Origin: an uncultured Acidobacteriota bacterium
Lineage (GTDB): Bacteria; Acidobacteriota; Terriglobia; Terriglobales; Acidobacteriaceae
DNA: 64,000 nt
Direction: 5' to 3'
NCBI GenBank assembly: GCA_963719655.1
Contig: CAVRDQ010000138.1
Span: 6,417 to 70,416 of the forward strand
The position numbers were made by a program, and so were the translations under genes. How positions within the stretch are numbered: the stretch's first letter is position 1; each line of letters begins with the position of its first letter. Below are positions 55,213 to 64,000 of this stretch, one piece after another. The notes under the pieces are model-generated. The model searched no databases, was not told the origin of the DNA, and saw nothing but the letters and a program-made list of their open reading frames with translations.

Positions 55213-55870
55213 ACAGGCGCTTCGGGCGGGATTTTCCACAGCTCTCCACAGCAAATGCGGCTTAGCAACAGCATTCCCACACGGGCGGCGGAGATTCCTT
55301 CTCCACGCGAGGGCGGGCTGTTGCAGTCTTGAGTTAACGCGAATGGCGCACTGGCCGACGCGTGGCGCTTCCCGGTGCGGGAGGCGGCGAAACAGGAAGA
55401 GTGGAAGCGAGCGGACGGGCGCAAGCCAGCCGGGCTGGAAAGCCGGGCACAGCATCCTGAGACGGCGCAAGCAATTGCAGCCCTCGGAGGCAGAGCGGGC
55501 GCCGCAATCGCAATCCTTCACTCTCCCCCTTGGCAACAGGGTCGCCAGCGGATCGCACCGGCAGGGGAGCCGGGCCCACCGGGCCTCCGGTAACGGACCA
55601 AAGTCCGCGGAGGAAGACCGAGGCCCAGGCTTCCGGTTTCCGCAAAGGCGGCGGAGATAGGCTCAACCACGCAGAGGACGGAGCACTGTTCCCGGCCCGG
55701 AGAGGCTGGCTGGCCTCTCCGGGCCACACTTGTCAGCAGGGAATTTTTCCTTTGGCAGTAGACGCTTAGAAAGCTTTCCACAGAGTGCCTCTTTCCGCAT
55801 CGTCCAGCCGGCACTACCATCGGGAAAGTGAAGGAGCCGCCGGCGCCGCCGCGGTTGAGTCAGCAGAGCC

Positions 55871-57247
55871 ATGGCCACCACCGATTACAGCCTCGAACGC
55901 GGAATGCCCTCGAGCCCCGAGGCGGAGCGCTCCATTCTGGGCGCGATTCTGCTGGACAACACGCTGCAGAACGAGGCGCTGTCGTCGCTGAAGTCCGAGC
56001 ACTTCTTTCTGGACGCGCACCGCCGCATCTACCAGCGCATTGCCGACCTGAGCGAGAACAACCGGCCGATTGACATCGTCACCCTGACCGAAGAACTGCT
56101 GCGCTACAAGGAGCTGGAAGCGGTGGGCGGCGCGGCGTATCTGGCCTCGCTGACCGATGGCGTGCCGCGGCGCAGCTCGATTGAGCACTACGTCCGGATT
56201 GTGCGCGACAAGGCCATGCTGCGGAACCTGATCCACGCCGCCAACGGCGTCATCAGCCAGGCCTTGGAGCAGGCCTCGACGGCGGCCGAGGTGATTGACT
56301 CGGCCGAGAGCAGCATCTTCAACATCAGCGAGGAGCGCAGCGGCACCCAGCTGACCGACATCAAGACCATTGCGCAGGAGAGCTTCGAAGGCAACCTCGA
56401 CAAGCTCTTCCAGCGCGGCGGACGCATCACCGGCGTTGAGACCCACTACCAGGATCTGGACGAGATGACCAGCGGGTTGCAGAAGAGCGACCTGGTCATC
56501 ATCGCCGCCCGACCCTCGATGGGAAAAACCGCGCTGGCCATCAACATGGCGGAGAATGCCGCGATTCTGGGCGGCAAGAGCGTGGCGGTCTTCAGCCTGG
56601 AAATGTCAAAGGAAGCGCTGCTGAACCGCATGCTGTGCAGCCAGGCGCGGGTGGACGCTCACAAGATGCGCACCGGCTTTTTGGGCCGCGATGACATTGG
56701 CAAGCTGCGCGGAGCCTTGGACAAGCTGCTGCAGGCGCCCATTTTTATTGACGACACGCCGGGCATCAGCCTGACCGAGTTGCGCGCCAAGGCCCGTCGC
56801 AAGGCCGGCGACAAGACCGGGCTGGACATGATCGTGATTGACTATCTGCAGCTGATGAGCGCCAGTGCACCGGGTGGACGCCGTTACGAGAACCGCACGC
56901 AGGAGGTTTCGGCCATCTCCCGCGGACTGAAGGCGATTGCCAAGGAATTGAAGGTTCCGGTGGTGGCCTTGTCGCAGCTGAGCCGCGCTCCGGAGACTCG
57001 TGGCAAGGACACGGAGCCGAAGCTGAGCGATCTGCGTGAATCGGGCTCCATCGAGCAGGACGCCGATATCGTGATGTTCATCTACCGCCCGGAGTATTAC
57101 GACCGCACCCGTCCGGAGCTGGAAGGCAAGGCCAAGATCATTGTGGCCAAGCAGCGCAACGGCCCCACGGACACCATCCAGTTGGCCTTCCGCAAGGAGA
57201 GCACGCGCTTTGAGACGCTGCTCCGTTCGGACTGGATTACAGATTAG
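55871..57247 (+). CDS. dnaB: Replicative DNA helicase
   Basis: 458 aa. PSSPEAERSILGAILLDN, Walker A ARPSMGKTA, and ...DYLQLM..., ...ALSQLSR... are typical DnaB motifs. Confidence 0.95.
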   Translation: MATTDYSLERGMPSSPEAERSILGAILLDNTLQNEALSSLKSEHFFLDAHRRIYQRIADLSENNRPIDIVTLTEELLRYKELEAVGGAAYLASLTDGVPRRSSIEHYVRIVRDKAMLRNLIHAANGVISQALEQASTAAEVIDSAESSIFNISEERSGTQLTDIKTIAQESFEGNLDKLFQRGGRITGVETHYQDLDEMTSGLQKSDLVIIAARPSMGKTALAINMAENAAILGGKSVAVFSLEMSKEALLNRMLCSQARVDAHKMRTGFLGRDDIGKLRGALDKLLQAPIFIDDTPGISLTELRAKARRKAGDKTGLDMIVIDYLQLMSASAPGGRRYENRTQEVSAISRGLKAIAKELKVPVVALSQLSRAPETRGKDTEPKLSDLRESGSIEQDADIVMFIYRPEYYDRTRPELEGKAKIIVAKQRNGPTDTIQLAFRKESTRFETLLRSDWITD

Positions 57248-57393
57248 AACTGAGGCCAGCAAGACTGGCTTTGCGCGGCTTTTCCACGCTTCTTGCCGCG
57301 AAGGTTTGCCCCATTCCCCGGGCCAGGCGCTATACTGAAATCAGTAAAGGTCTGATTCTCTTGTCATCCACACAGCAGAAATTTTCCGTGCAT

Positions 57394-58521
57394 ATGCGGC
57401 CGAACTGGGCAGAGGTATCGCTTGCCACGTTGGCCGAAAACTACAAAGTTGTCGCCCGCCACATCGGCCCGGGCGTGACGCCGTGCTGCGTGATTAAGTG
57501 CGACGCCTACGGCCATGGAGTGATTGAGAGCGCGCGCGCCCTGGAAGCCGCCGGTGCGACGTTCCTCGGCGTGACCAGCACGGAAGAGGGTATTGCCGTG
57601 CGTGAGGCCGGCGTGAAACTGCCCGTGCTGGTGATGACCGGCTTCTGGAGGGGCGAAGAACGGGCTCTGCTGGAGCATGGGCTGACCCCGGCGATTGCGA
57701 CGCTCGAGCACATCGAACTGCTGGAGAAGGCCGCCGCCGCGCTTGGCATCGAGCATCGCATTCCGGTGCATTTGAAGGTGGATACCGGGATGGCGCGGCT
57801 GGGCGTGAGCCTGGAGGATTTGCCGAAGCTCGCGGCGCGCATCGCGGATTCGAAGTACATCGAGCTGGAAGGCGTGTTCAGCCACCTGGCGGAGTCCGAG
57901 GTGCTGGACTCGGCCTTTGTCGGCGAGCAGAGCAAGCTGTTTGCACGGGCGGTGGCCATACTGGCTGGAGCCGGGCTGCGTCCGCGTTACTGCCACCTGG
58001 CGAACACGGCGGCCACCGTGGCGAGGCCGGAGATTTGGAACGACATGGCGCGTCCCGGGCTGGCGCTGTATGGCTACAACCTGCAATGCGAGGGTCCGGG
58101 AGCGGAGAAGGCCGTGCTGCCGGTCAAACCGGTGCTGACCTGGAAGACCAGGATCATTGCGCTGCGCGACATTGCCGCGGGCACCAGCGTGGGCTACAGC
58201 CGCAACTGGCGTGCCTCGCGGCCGACGCGGCTGGCAGTCATCCCGGTGGGCTACGGCGATGGCTATCCGCGCTCGCTGAGCAAGGGCGGACGCGTGATTG
58301 TCGCCGACCACTATGCGCCGATTGCCGGCAACATCAGCATGGACCTGACGATGATTGACGTAACGGACATTCCCACGGCGCAGCTGGGTGACGAGGTGCT
58401 GCTGATTGGCCGCAGCGAGCACTGCCAGGTGGGCGCCGACGAGCTGGCGCGGCTGGCGGGAACGATCACGTATGAAATTCTGTGCGGGCTCTCGCCGAGG
58501 GTGCCGCGCATCTACGTCTAG
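57394..58521 (+). CDS. alr: Alanine racemase
   Basis: ATG 57394 gives MRPNWAEVSL... with the PLP-Lys context VIKCDAYGHG and a C-terminal ...YEILCGLSPRVPRIY. The track ORF starts at 57271. Confidence 0.92.
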   Translation: MRPNWAEVSLATLAENYKVVARHIGPGVTPCCVIKCDAYGHGVIESARALEAAGATFLGVTSTEEGIAVREAGVKLPVLVMTGFWRGEERALLEHGLTPAIATLEHIELLEKAAAALGIEHRIPVHLKVDTGMARLGVSLEDLPKLAARIADSKYIELEGVFSHLAESEVLDSAFVGEQSKLFARAVAILAGAGLRPRYCHLANTAATVARPEIWNDMARPGLALYGYNLQCEGPGAEKAVLPVKPVLTWKTRIIALRDIAAGTSVGYSRNWRASRPTRLAVIPVGYGDGYPRSLSKGGRVIVADHYAPIAGNISMDLTMIDVTDIPTAQLGDEVLLIGRSEHCQVGADELARLAGTITYEILCGLSPRVPRIYV

Positions 58522-58531
58522 CGGAAGGCGG

Positions 58532-59185
58532 CTACCAATCTGTGGGTTTTGTGATTGGATTGCCATTAGCATCGATCACAGGGTGTGAAAATTGGCTTGA
58601 TCCAAGGTGACCCTGGATGTGCCTGATTTCCGATACCAGGGGTCGCAGGGTACCGGCTGGATTGCCGACTGGCGTAAGCAATGTAACTGGTAATCCAGCT
58701 TCCTCTCGGACGATCCGCAAAGGCTCGGCCAAGTCCGTGTCATTCGTGATCACTGCTGCATGCTCGAACGTACCTCTCAGAGCATCCCTAACTAGGTGAA
58801 CTCCAAGATTGACATCTGAGCCCTTTTCTTCCGTTTTCACCACCCGTGCAAAATCGGGGTTCGGGGATGCTGGCACTACGCTATCCGGTCGTAATTGCAC
58901 AGGTTGAACCAGAAACATCCATTTCTTCGTCACCTGGAAATTTCCCAAGTGAATATTCAGATTAGGTATTGTTTTGAGTGCTTTTAAGTACGCTACCTGA
59001 TCGGCTGGAGCAGTTGGAGAACGCTGGCTGGAGACTCGCGCGGTGTAGTAATTGATTGCACTTATTGTGCAGGCTTTTGGAAGTGTGGCTTGGCATAACC
59101 GCATAAGATCAAGCCACTTATATTGTGTTCCCTGCAGCGCTCGATAGTAGAGGTTGAACCCATCTACGTAGACAATGGTTTTCAT
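58532..59185 (-). CDS. NYN-domain (PIN-like nuclease fold) protein, in lower-G+C islet
   Basis: 217 aa. MKTIVYVDGFNLYY..., ...EEKGSDVNLGVHL..., ...AAVITNDTDLAEP... show the acidic-residue pattern of NYN/LabA-like nucleases. Confidence 0.78.
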   Translation of the reverse strand: MKTIVYVDGFNLYYRALQGTQYKWLDLMRLCQATLPKACTISAINYYTARVSSQRSPTAPADQVAYLKALKTIPNLNIHLGNFQVTKKWMFLVQPVQLRPDSVVPASPNPDFARVVKTEEKGSDVNLGVHLVRDALRGTFEHAAVITNDTDLAEPLRIVREEAGLPVTLLTPVGNPAGTLRPLVSEIRHIQGHLGSSQFSHPVIDANGNPITKPTDW

Positions 59186-59220
59186 GTGGGAACGCCAATT
59201 GAAATTGCCCTAAATGCGAA

Positions 59221-59272
59221 AAGCTGCTGTACATGAGCACAGCAGCTTAACGAGCCTGCGGCAAGCCGCAGG
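59221..59272 (-). other. Two stem-loops in the leader of the NYN gene (first is terminator-like on the minus strand)
   Basis: aagctgctgt-acatgagc-acagcagctt (10-bp stem; on the minus strand it is followed by ttcgcattt) and cctgcgg-caag-ccgcagg. Confidence 0.45.
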
Positions 59273-59444
59273 TGAGCTGCATAAACATAGCCTTGCAAGC
59301 TGATTCATGTCAACTGGTTTGTGGACAGCGACCCTCCATTGATCACCCTAAGTGCCCCATTCAACATGAGATATCGGCCAGTGGCTGCGCGTGGCTCCAC
59401 GCGGGTAAAGCCAGCTTGTTACACTCGTTGTAACGGCCATTATT

Positions 59445-60638
59445 ATGATTCGCACTCGTTATGCACGCTGGATGAACGACTGGGAGTTCCGCCTGGAGAC
59501 GCGCGACAGCAATCGCGTGGTGCGTCCCTTTGAGTGGGGACTGGACTGGGTTGCGGACTTTCCCGGCGCCGGGCAGCCGCCGGCCGCAGACGCTTCCAAG
59601 GAAGAGATCAAGCGCTATTTCTTTGCCTTGAACGATCACCTCATCGCCCACGGCGACGAGTTTTACAGCTACAAGACGCCCACCGACTTCCGCCTGGAGC
59701 AGCGCCAGATTCGCGTGCACGGCACGGGCAGCCATGCCAATCCGGAAGTGGATGACGCGCCCTACAAGGGAAAGTTCGGAACCTTCCTGCGCTTCACCTC
59801 GCCGGTGCGCTCGCCGTATCCGGAAAACGACGTGGTGAACGCGCGCTGGTTTCCCGCTCCGGCGGCCAAGGGCAAGCCGAAGCGCGTGATGATCATCATT
59901 CCGCAGTGGAATGGCGACGCCTTGAGCCACAACGCATTCGCGCGCCTCTTTCACATGTTCGGCGTCAGCACATTGCGGCTCAGCATGCCGTACCACGACA
60001 TTCGCATGCCGGGCGAACTGCACCGCGCCGACTATTCAGTGAGCAGCAACATCGGGCGCACCATCCACGCCGCGCGGCAGGGAATCCTGGACATACGCTG
60101 TTGCCTGGACTGGCTGGAGCAGCAGGGCTACACCGAGTTCGGCGTGCTGGGCACGAGCCTGGGCTCCTGCTATGGGTTTATCGCCAGCGCGCACGACGAG
60201 CGGCTGCGGGTGAACATCTTCAACCACGCCTCCACTTATTTTGGCGACGTGGTGTGGACCGGGTACAGCACCCGGCACGTGCGGGCCGGCATTGAGCAGG
60301 AGCTGAACGGCGACGAACTGCGGCACGCGCTGGCCTCGGTGAGCCCGATGAACTATTTTGACAACTTTGAGCGCTGGCCGAAGCAGGTGCTGATGATTCA
60401 CACGGCCTACGACCGGACGTTTCTGCCCGAGTTCAGCGAGCGTATCGCCAGCGAATTCCGCGCCCGGCGCATGGAGGCCGAGATTCGCAAACTCCCCTGC
60501 GGCCATTACACCCTGGGCGAATCGCCCTACAAGTACATGGACGGCTACCTGGTGACGCGCTTCGTGGCCAAGGCCTTCAACCGCGCCTACGCCCAGGGCA
60601 GCCCGGCCCCGGCCAGCGAACTACAGGCCACCAGCTAG
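59445..60638 (+). CDS. Alpha/beta-hydrolase-fold protein
   Basis: 397 aa. Nucleophile elbow GTSLGS, and the late His context KLPCGHYT. The subfamily is not identified. Confidence 0.72.
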   Translation: MIRTRYARWMNDWEFRLETRDSNRVVRPFEWGLDWVADFPGAGQPPAADASKEEIKRYFFALNDHLIAHGDEFYSYKTPTDFRLEQRQIRVHGTGSHANPEVDDAPYKGKFGTFLRFTSPVRSPYPENDVVNARWFPAPAAKGKPKRVMIIIPQWNGDALSHNAFARLFHMFGVSTLRLSMPYHDIRMPGELHRADYSVSSNIGRTIHAARQGILDIRCCLDWLEQQGYTEFGVLGTSLGSCYGFIASAHDERLRVNIFNHASTYFGDVVWTGYSTRHVRAGIEQELNGDELRHALASVSPMNYFDNFERWPKQVLMIHTAYDRTFLPEFSERIASEFRARRMEAEIRKLPCGHYTLGESPYKYMDGYLVTRFVAKAFNRAYAQGSPAPASELQATS

Positions 60639-60691
60639 GCAAAAGCGTTTTTCCTTTGGCCGCAGGCGCACGGTTTATTACAATAGTGCGT

Positions 60692-61138
60692 ATGAAGCTT
60701 GCTCTCGGTGCCGATCATGCCGGATATCTGCTGAAGGACCGCATCCGCCAGTATGTGCTGGATCGCGGCCACGTCGTGGTGGACGAAGGCACCAACACGT
60801 CGGATTCGGTGGACTACCCGGACTTTGCCCAGCGCGTTGGGGAAGACGTCAGCGCCGGGAGGGCCGAGCGCGGCATCCTGGTCTGCGGATCGGGCATCGG
60901 GATGGCGATTGCCGCCAACAAGGTTCCGGGGATTCGGGCGGCCAACATCAGCAGCGCGTATGAAGCGCAAATGTCCCGTGAGCACAACGACCTGAACGTG
61001 CTGACCCTGGGCGCGCGCATTCTGGATGAAGCCGACGCCATGCACATTGTGCAGATCTGGCTGGACACGCCGTTCTCCGGCGGTCGCCACACCGGGCGCA
61101 TCACCAAGATTCAAGAGATCGAAAAGACCCGTCCCTAA
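60692..61138 (+). CDS. rpiB: Ribose-5-phosphate isomerase B
   Basis: ATG 60692 gives MKLALGADHAGYLLKD...GILVCGSGIGMAIAANK..GIRAA...HNDLNVLTLGAR, the RpiB/LacAB signature. Confidence 0.92.
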   Translation: MKLALGADHAGYLLKDRIRQYVLDRGHVVVDEGTNTSDSVDYPDFAQRVGEDVSAGRAERGILVCGSGIGMAIAANKVPGIRAANISSAYEAQMSREHNDLNVLTLGARILDEADAMHIVQIWLDTPFSGGRHTGRITKIQEIEKTRP

Positions 61139-61140
61139 GG

Positions 61141-62181
61141 TTAGTGGGACTCCTCGGCGCGGTTTCTGGCCTGCAATGTCGCCAGGACTTCGTCCAATCC
61201 AGCCTGCTTGCTGACGGTCGGGCTCCAGCCAAGAAGGTTGGCGGCCTTGGTAATGTCAGCCACAAAGTAGCGCTGATCTTCCGCCCGCCAGGGCAGGTGG
61301 CGCACGTTCAGACGAACCTTCAATCGCACACTCAACTCATCCAGAAGCTCAGCCACGGACATGCTGTTGGCCACGCCGCCGCCGATGTTGAAGGCCTGTC
61401 CGGAGACCTGCTGAATCTTCTTATGGGCCATCAGGTAGCAGCGGATGGCGTCGGTTACGTGCAGCAGGTCGCGCACCTGTTTGCCGTCACCGTTGACGGT
61501 GAACTCGTGACTGGAGCCCTGAAGGGTTGCGAGGGCCTGCTGGCAGAACCAGCCGATCCACCCCTGGTCGAAGGTGGAGAACTGGCGGCCGCCGTAGATG
61601 GTCGAATGGCGAAAGACGACGGTGCGCAGGGCAAAGCTCCGCGCATACTCCAGCACATACTGGTCGGCCGCGCCCTTGGAGCAGCCATAAGGGGTGCGGA
61701 AGTCGAGTGGGGCAGCCTCGTCCACGCCGGCGCTGTTGGCGGTGGGAGTGTACCGTGTGGGCGCCTCCACGAGTTCGAGGCCGTTGAGTTCTCCGTACAC
61801 CTTGTTGCTGGAGGCGTAGACGACGGTCGCCTCCGGGGCAGAGGCGCGCACGGTGTCGAGGATGTTCATGGTGCCGACGACGTTGGTGTCGAAGTCCTTG
61901 CGCGGCTCACGCAAGGAGGTGGTCATGGCCACCTGGCCGGCGAGATGAAAGACGCAGCCGATCTTCCTTTTATGGAAGGCCTGGGCCACCTGCGAGAGAT
62001 CACGGGTGTCGCCCTGCAAAAACTCCACGGGGCCGAGCGAGCGCAGCCACGCGAGGTTTTGCTCACCGCCAATGCGGGAAAGATTGTCGAAGACCAGCAC
62101 CTGTTCACCACGGCGCAGAAGTTCGGCGGCGATGTTGCTGCCGACAAAGCCGCAGCCTCCGGTCACTATATAGACCATCAA
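61141..62181 (-). CDS. NAD-dependent sugar epimerase/dehydratase (extended SDR)
   Basis: 346 aa. Rossmann motif VTGGCGFVGSN and catalytic YGCSKGAAD (YxxxK). Confidence 0.88.
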   Translation of the reverse strand: MMVYIVTGGCGFVGSNIAAELLRRGEQVLVFDNLSRIGGEQNLAWLRSLGPVEFLQGDTRDLSQVAQAFHKRKIGCVFHLAGQVAMTTSLREPRKDFDTNVVGTMNILDTVRASAPEATVVYASSNKVYGELNGLELVEAPTRYTPTANSAGVDEAAPLDFRTPYGCSKGAADQYVLEYARSFALRTVVFRHSTIYGGRQFSTFDQGWIGWFCQQALATLQGSSHEFTVNGDGKQVRDLLHVTDAIRCYLMAHKKIQQVSGQAFNIGGGVANSMSVAELLDELSVRLKVRLNVRHLPWRAEDQRYFVADITKAANLLGWSPTVSKQAGLDEVLATLQARNRAEESH

Positions 62182-62921
62182 TTGACCTCCCGGCCGGCTT
62201 CGGCCAGAACCCGGCGGCGGAATGCATAGAGCCGGCGAATGGACTTCACGTAGCTGATGGCAAACAGCAACAGATTGCGCTTGCTCTTGCCGCTCTTGCG
62301 CTTTTCAAACGTGACCGGAACCTCCAGGTAGGAGGACTTGCAACGGCCGAAGACCAAAGCTATCAGAATCTCCTCGACGAGCTCAAAATTATCCGACACC
62401 AGCGTCAGCGAGCGCACCTGCGCGCCGCGATAAAGGCGGAAGCTGTTGGTCACGTCGCGAATGGGAAGGCGGAAGACCAGTCGGTAAACCAGGTTGACGG
62501 CAAAACTCATCAGGATGAGGATGGCGGAGTTTTCCGTATTTCCACCGGGCGAATAACGCGAGCCGATGACGATCTCCGCATCGTTCCGGCGCTGCCACAG
62601 GCGCGGAACATCGGCGGGGCGATGCGAGCCGTCGGCATCCATGACGAGGACGAACGCCCCGAGACTTTCTCGGAAGCCGGTGCGGATGGCGTCTCCGTAA
62701 CTGTTGCCGCCGGTGCGGAAGACATGGCGCACGCCGAAGCGGCGGCAGACCCCGGCGGTGTCATCCACTGCGCGCTCGGCGTCCACGACGACGACCTCCC
62801 AGGGGACGCCGAGAGACTGGAGTTGCAGGATCAGCGACGGCAGAAGGTTACCGAGCGTCTGCTCCTCCTTGTAGGCGGGGAGTACGACGCTGAGCTCACA
62901 TTCCTGCGCGGTCGAATTCAC
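62178..62921 (-). CDS. GT2 polyprenol-phosphate glycosyltransferase (DPM1/ArnC-like)
   Basis: 247 aa. LSVVLPAYKEE..., ...VVVVDA..., ...VLVMDADGSH..., ...IGSRY... Has a 4-nt overlap with the downstream epimerase. Confidence 0.86.
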   Translation of the reverse strand: MNSTAQECELSVVLPAYKEEQTLGNLLPSLILQLQSLGVPWEVVVVDAERAVDDTAGVCRRFGVRHVFRTGGNSYGDAIRTGFRESLGAFVLVMDADGSHRPADVPRLWQRRNDAEIVIGSRYSPGGNTENSAILILMSFAVNLVYRLVFRLPIRDVTNSFRLYRGAQVRSLTLVSDNFELVEEILIALVFGRCKSSYLEVPVTFEKRKSGKSKRNLLLFAISYVKSIRRLYAFRRRVLAEAGREVN

Positions 62922-63870
62922 GGTTGGGCTCCGAAAGAGGAAGGCTGGGTGCGACTTCTTTTGCTAACTGCCATACAGCGTACGCCAGATTGGTGGAGGG
63001 CTTCCATCCCAGTTCGCGGCCCGCGCGAGTGATGTCGGCCACCAGCCATGAGGGTTCGAAGGCCGGCAGGGGACTGTCACCGAAGCGCAAATCTACCTTG
63101 AGGTTCAGCTCACGGCAGACGCGCTCCACCGTGTCGCGGATGGAGTCGGCGCGGCCGCTGCCGATGTTGAAGACCTCCGCCTGGGACGCGGGCTGGCGCT
63201 GCACACTGGCCAACACGGCACTGGCGACATCCTGCACGGCGCAGAAGTCGCGAATCTGATCTCCGCGGGTGAGAGAAAAAGGCCGCCCCTGTACGGCCGC
63301 GCGCAGAAGTCCGGGGAAGAGGCGCTCGCTGCCATCCTGGATTCCGGTGAAGGCAAAGGGACGCAGAATGGTGAGAGTTCTTTCGAACTCGGCGGCGGCG
63401 GAGAGCAGAAGAGAGTCGGCGGCGGCCTTGCCTGCGCCATAAGGATGAAGGGTGCCGACCGGATCGTCTTCGCGCAGCGGGCGCGGCTGCACCTGGTAGA
63501 CCAGTCCGGTGCTGATGTAGAGGAAATGGGCCGCGCGGGGAAGCGCGCAATAGGCTTTGAAGAGGGCGATGGTTCCGGTCACGTTGAAGCCGAACATCTC
63601 AAACCACTCGGAGCGCGGAGGACGCACGCCGCTGGCGGCACAGTGCACGATGACATCCGGGTTGATCTGCTGCACCAGACGATCGGTCGCCGGTTCATCC
63701 GTCAAGTCATGGACGATGAATTCAACTCCCGGTCCCAGCTGGTCGAGGAAAGGCATGACTCGGCGCACGGGGGCGAAGACCTGGAAGCCCGGTGTGGCTA
63801 CAAACTGGCGGATGGCACTGAAGCCGAGGGTGCCGGAGCCGCCGGTGATCAAAAGTTTTCGAGGCGTCAT
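62896..63870 (-). CDS. NAD-dependent epimerase/dehydratase (extended SDR)
   Basis: 324 aa. Rossmann motif ITGGSGTLG and YGAGKAAAD (YxxxK). Has a 26-nt overlap with the downstream GT2 gene. Confidence 0.84.
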   Translation of the reverse strand: MTPRKLLITGGSGTLGFSAIRQFVATPGFQVFAPVRRVMPFLDQLGPGVEFIVHDLTDEPATDRLVQQINPDVIVHCAASGVRPPRSEWFEMFGFNVTGTIALFKAYCALPRAAHFLYISTGLVYQVQPRPLREDDPVGTLHPYGAGKAAADSLLLSAAAEFERTLTILRPFAFTGIQDGSERLFPGLLRAAVQGRPFSLTRGDQIRDFCAVQDVASAVLASVQRQPASQAEVFNIGSGRADSIRDTVERVCRELNLKVDLRFGDSPLPAFEPSWLVADITRAGRELGWKPSTNLAYAVWQLAKEVAPSLPLSEPNREFDRAGM

Positions 63871-64000
63871 CGTATCGCTGTCCCAGCCGGGGAGTGGGTG
63901 AAGGCAACGGCAGCCCAGAAAAACGCACTACCCGGAATCCACGAGTTCAGTCTTGATTTGTTTGCATTGTATCGTGGCGGCCGCGGAGGAGAACTGCAAA

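Noticed and set aside
54977-55729. ORFs 54977-55660(+) and 55334-55729(-) as protein-coding genes in the dnaB upstream region.
   Set aside because: Their translations are Arg/Gly/Pro/Ser-rich low-complexity strings with no RBS or motif. The first overlaps the well-supported 54721-55212 gene out of frame.
55213-55870. Chromosomal replication origin (oriC) upstream of dnaB.
   Set aside because: There are only three DnaA-box-like 9-mers, one with two mismatches. There is no AT-rich unwinding element and no dnaA or dnaN nearby. This is insufficient for an origin call.

Overview
High-G+C bacterial chromosomal segment, densely coding on both strands. Three secreted VWA proteins of the Acidobacteria-specific type, CarboxypepD_reg-type TonB-dependent receptors and 'catcctgagcg'/hairpin intergenic repeats suggest an Acidobacteria (Terriglobia-like) genome; this is inference. 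Content in order: a partial kdpD-like sensor gene with a divergent KdpD-C-terminal-like histidine kinase; a two-component / TonB-receptor / phosphoesterase locus (6.3-17.3 kb); a decayed ric gene next to hcp; a nitrate-related operon of narK, a cytochrome-b-like membrane protein, a Nas/Nap-type molybdoenzyme, a 4x[4Fe-4S] protein, a membrane Rieske protein and a small TM peptide (20.1-26.1 kb); tRNA-Pro(CGG); msrP plus an erythrin-VIT1 (mbfA-like) gene; an orphan mglA beside three VWA paralogues; an rluD-like gene with a Lys/Ala/Pro-rich repeat extension; lgt; a ~1 kb ORF-free structured spacer; arsR-acr3-arsC; apt, acyP, efp, dut; a duplicated tyrS 5' fragment bracketing a polytopic membrane-protein gene; tyrS; an ArnT-like GT39 plus two convergent GT21-like glycosyltransferases; two tandem mono-haem cytochromes c; dnaB and alr; a lower-G+C islet with an NYN-domain gene; rpiB and an epimerase/GT2 cluster. 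No rRNA, CRISPR array, transposase or integrase was recognised. The most unusual locus is the nitrate operon, which combines a Nas/Nap-type catalytic subunit with membrane redox partners. All calls rest on by-eye motif recognition on the supplied translations and on the raw sequence; no database search, covariance model or statistic was run.
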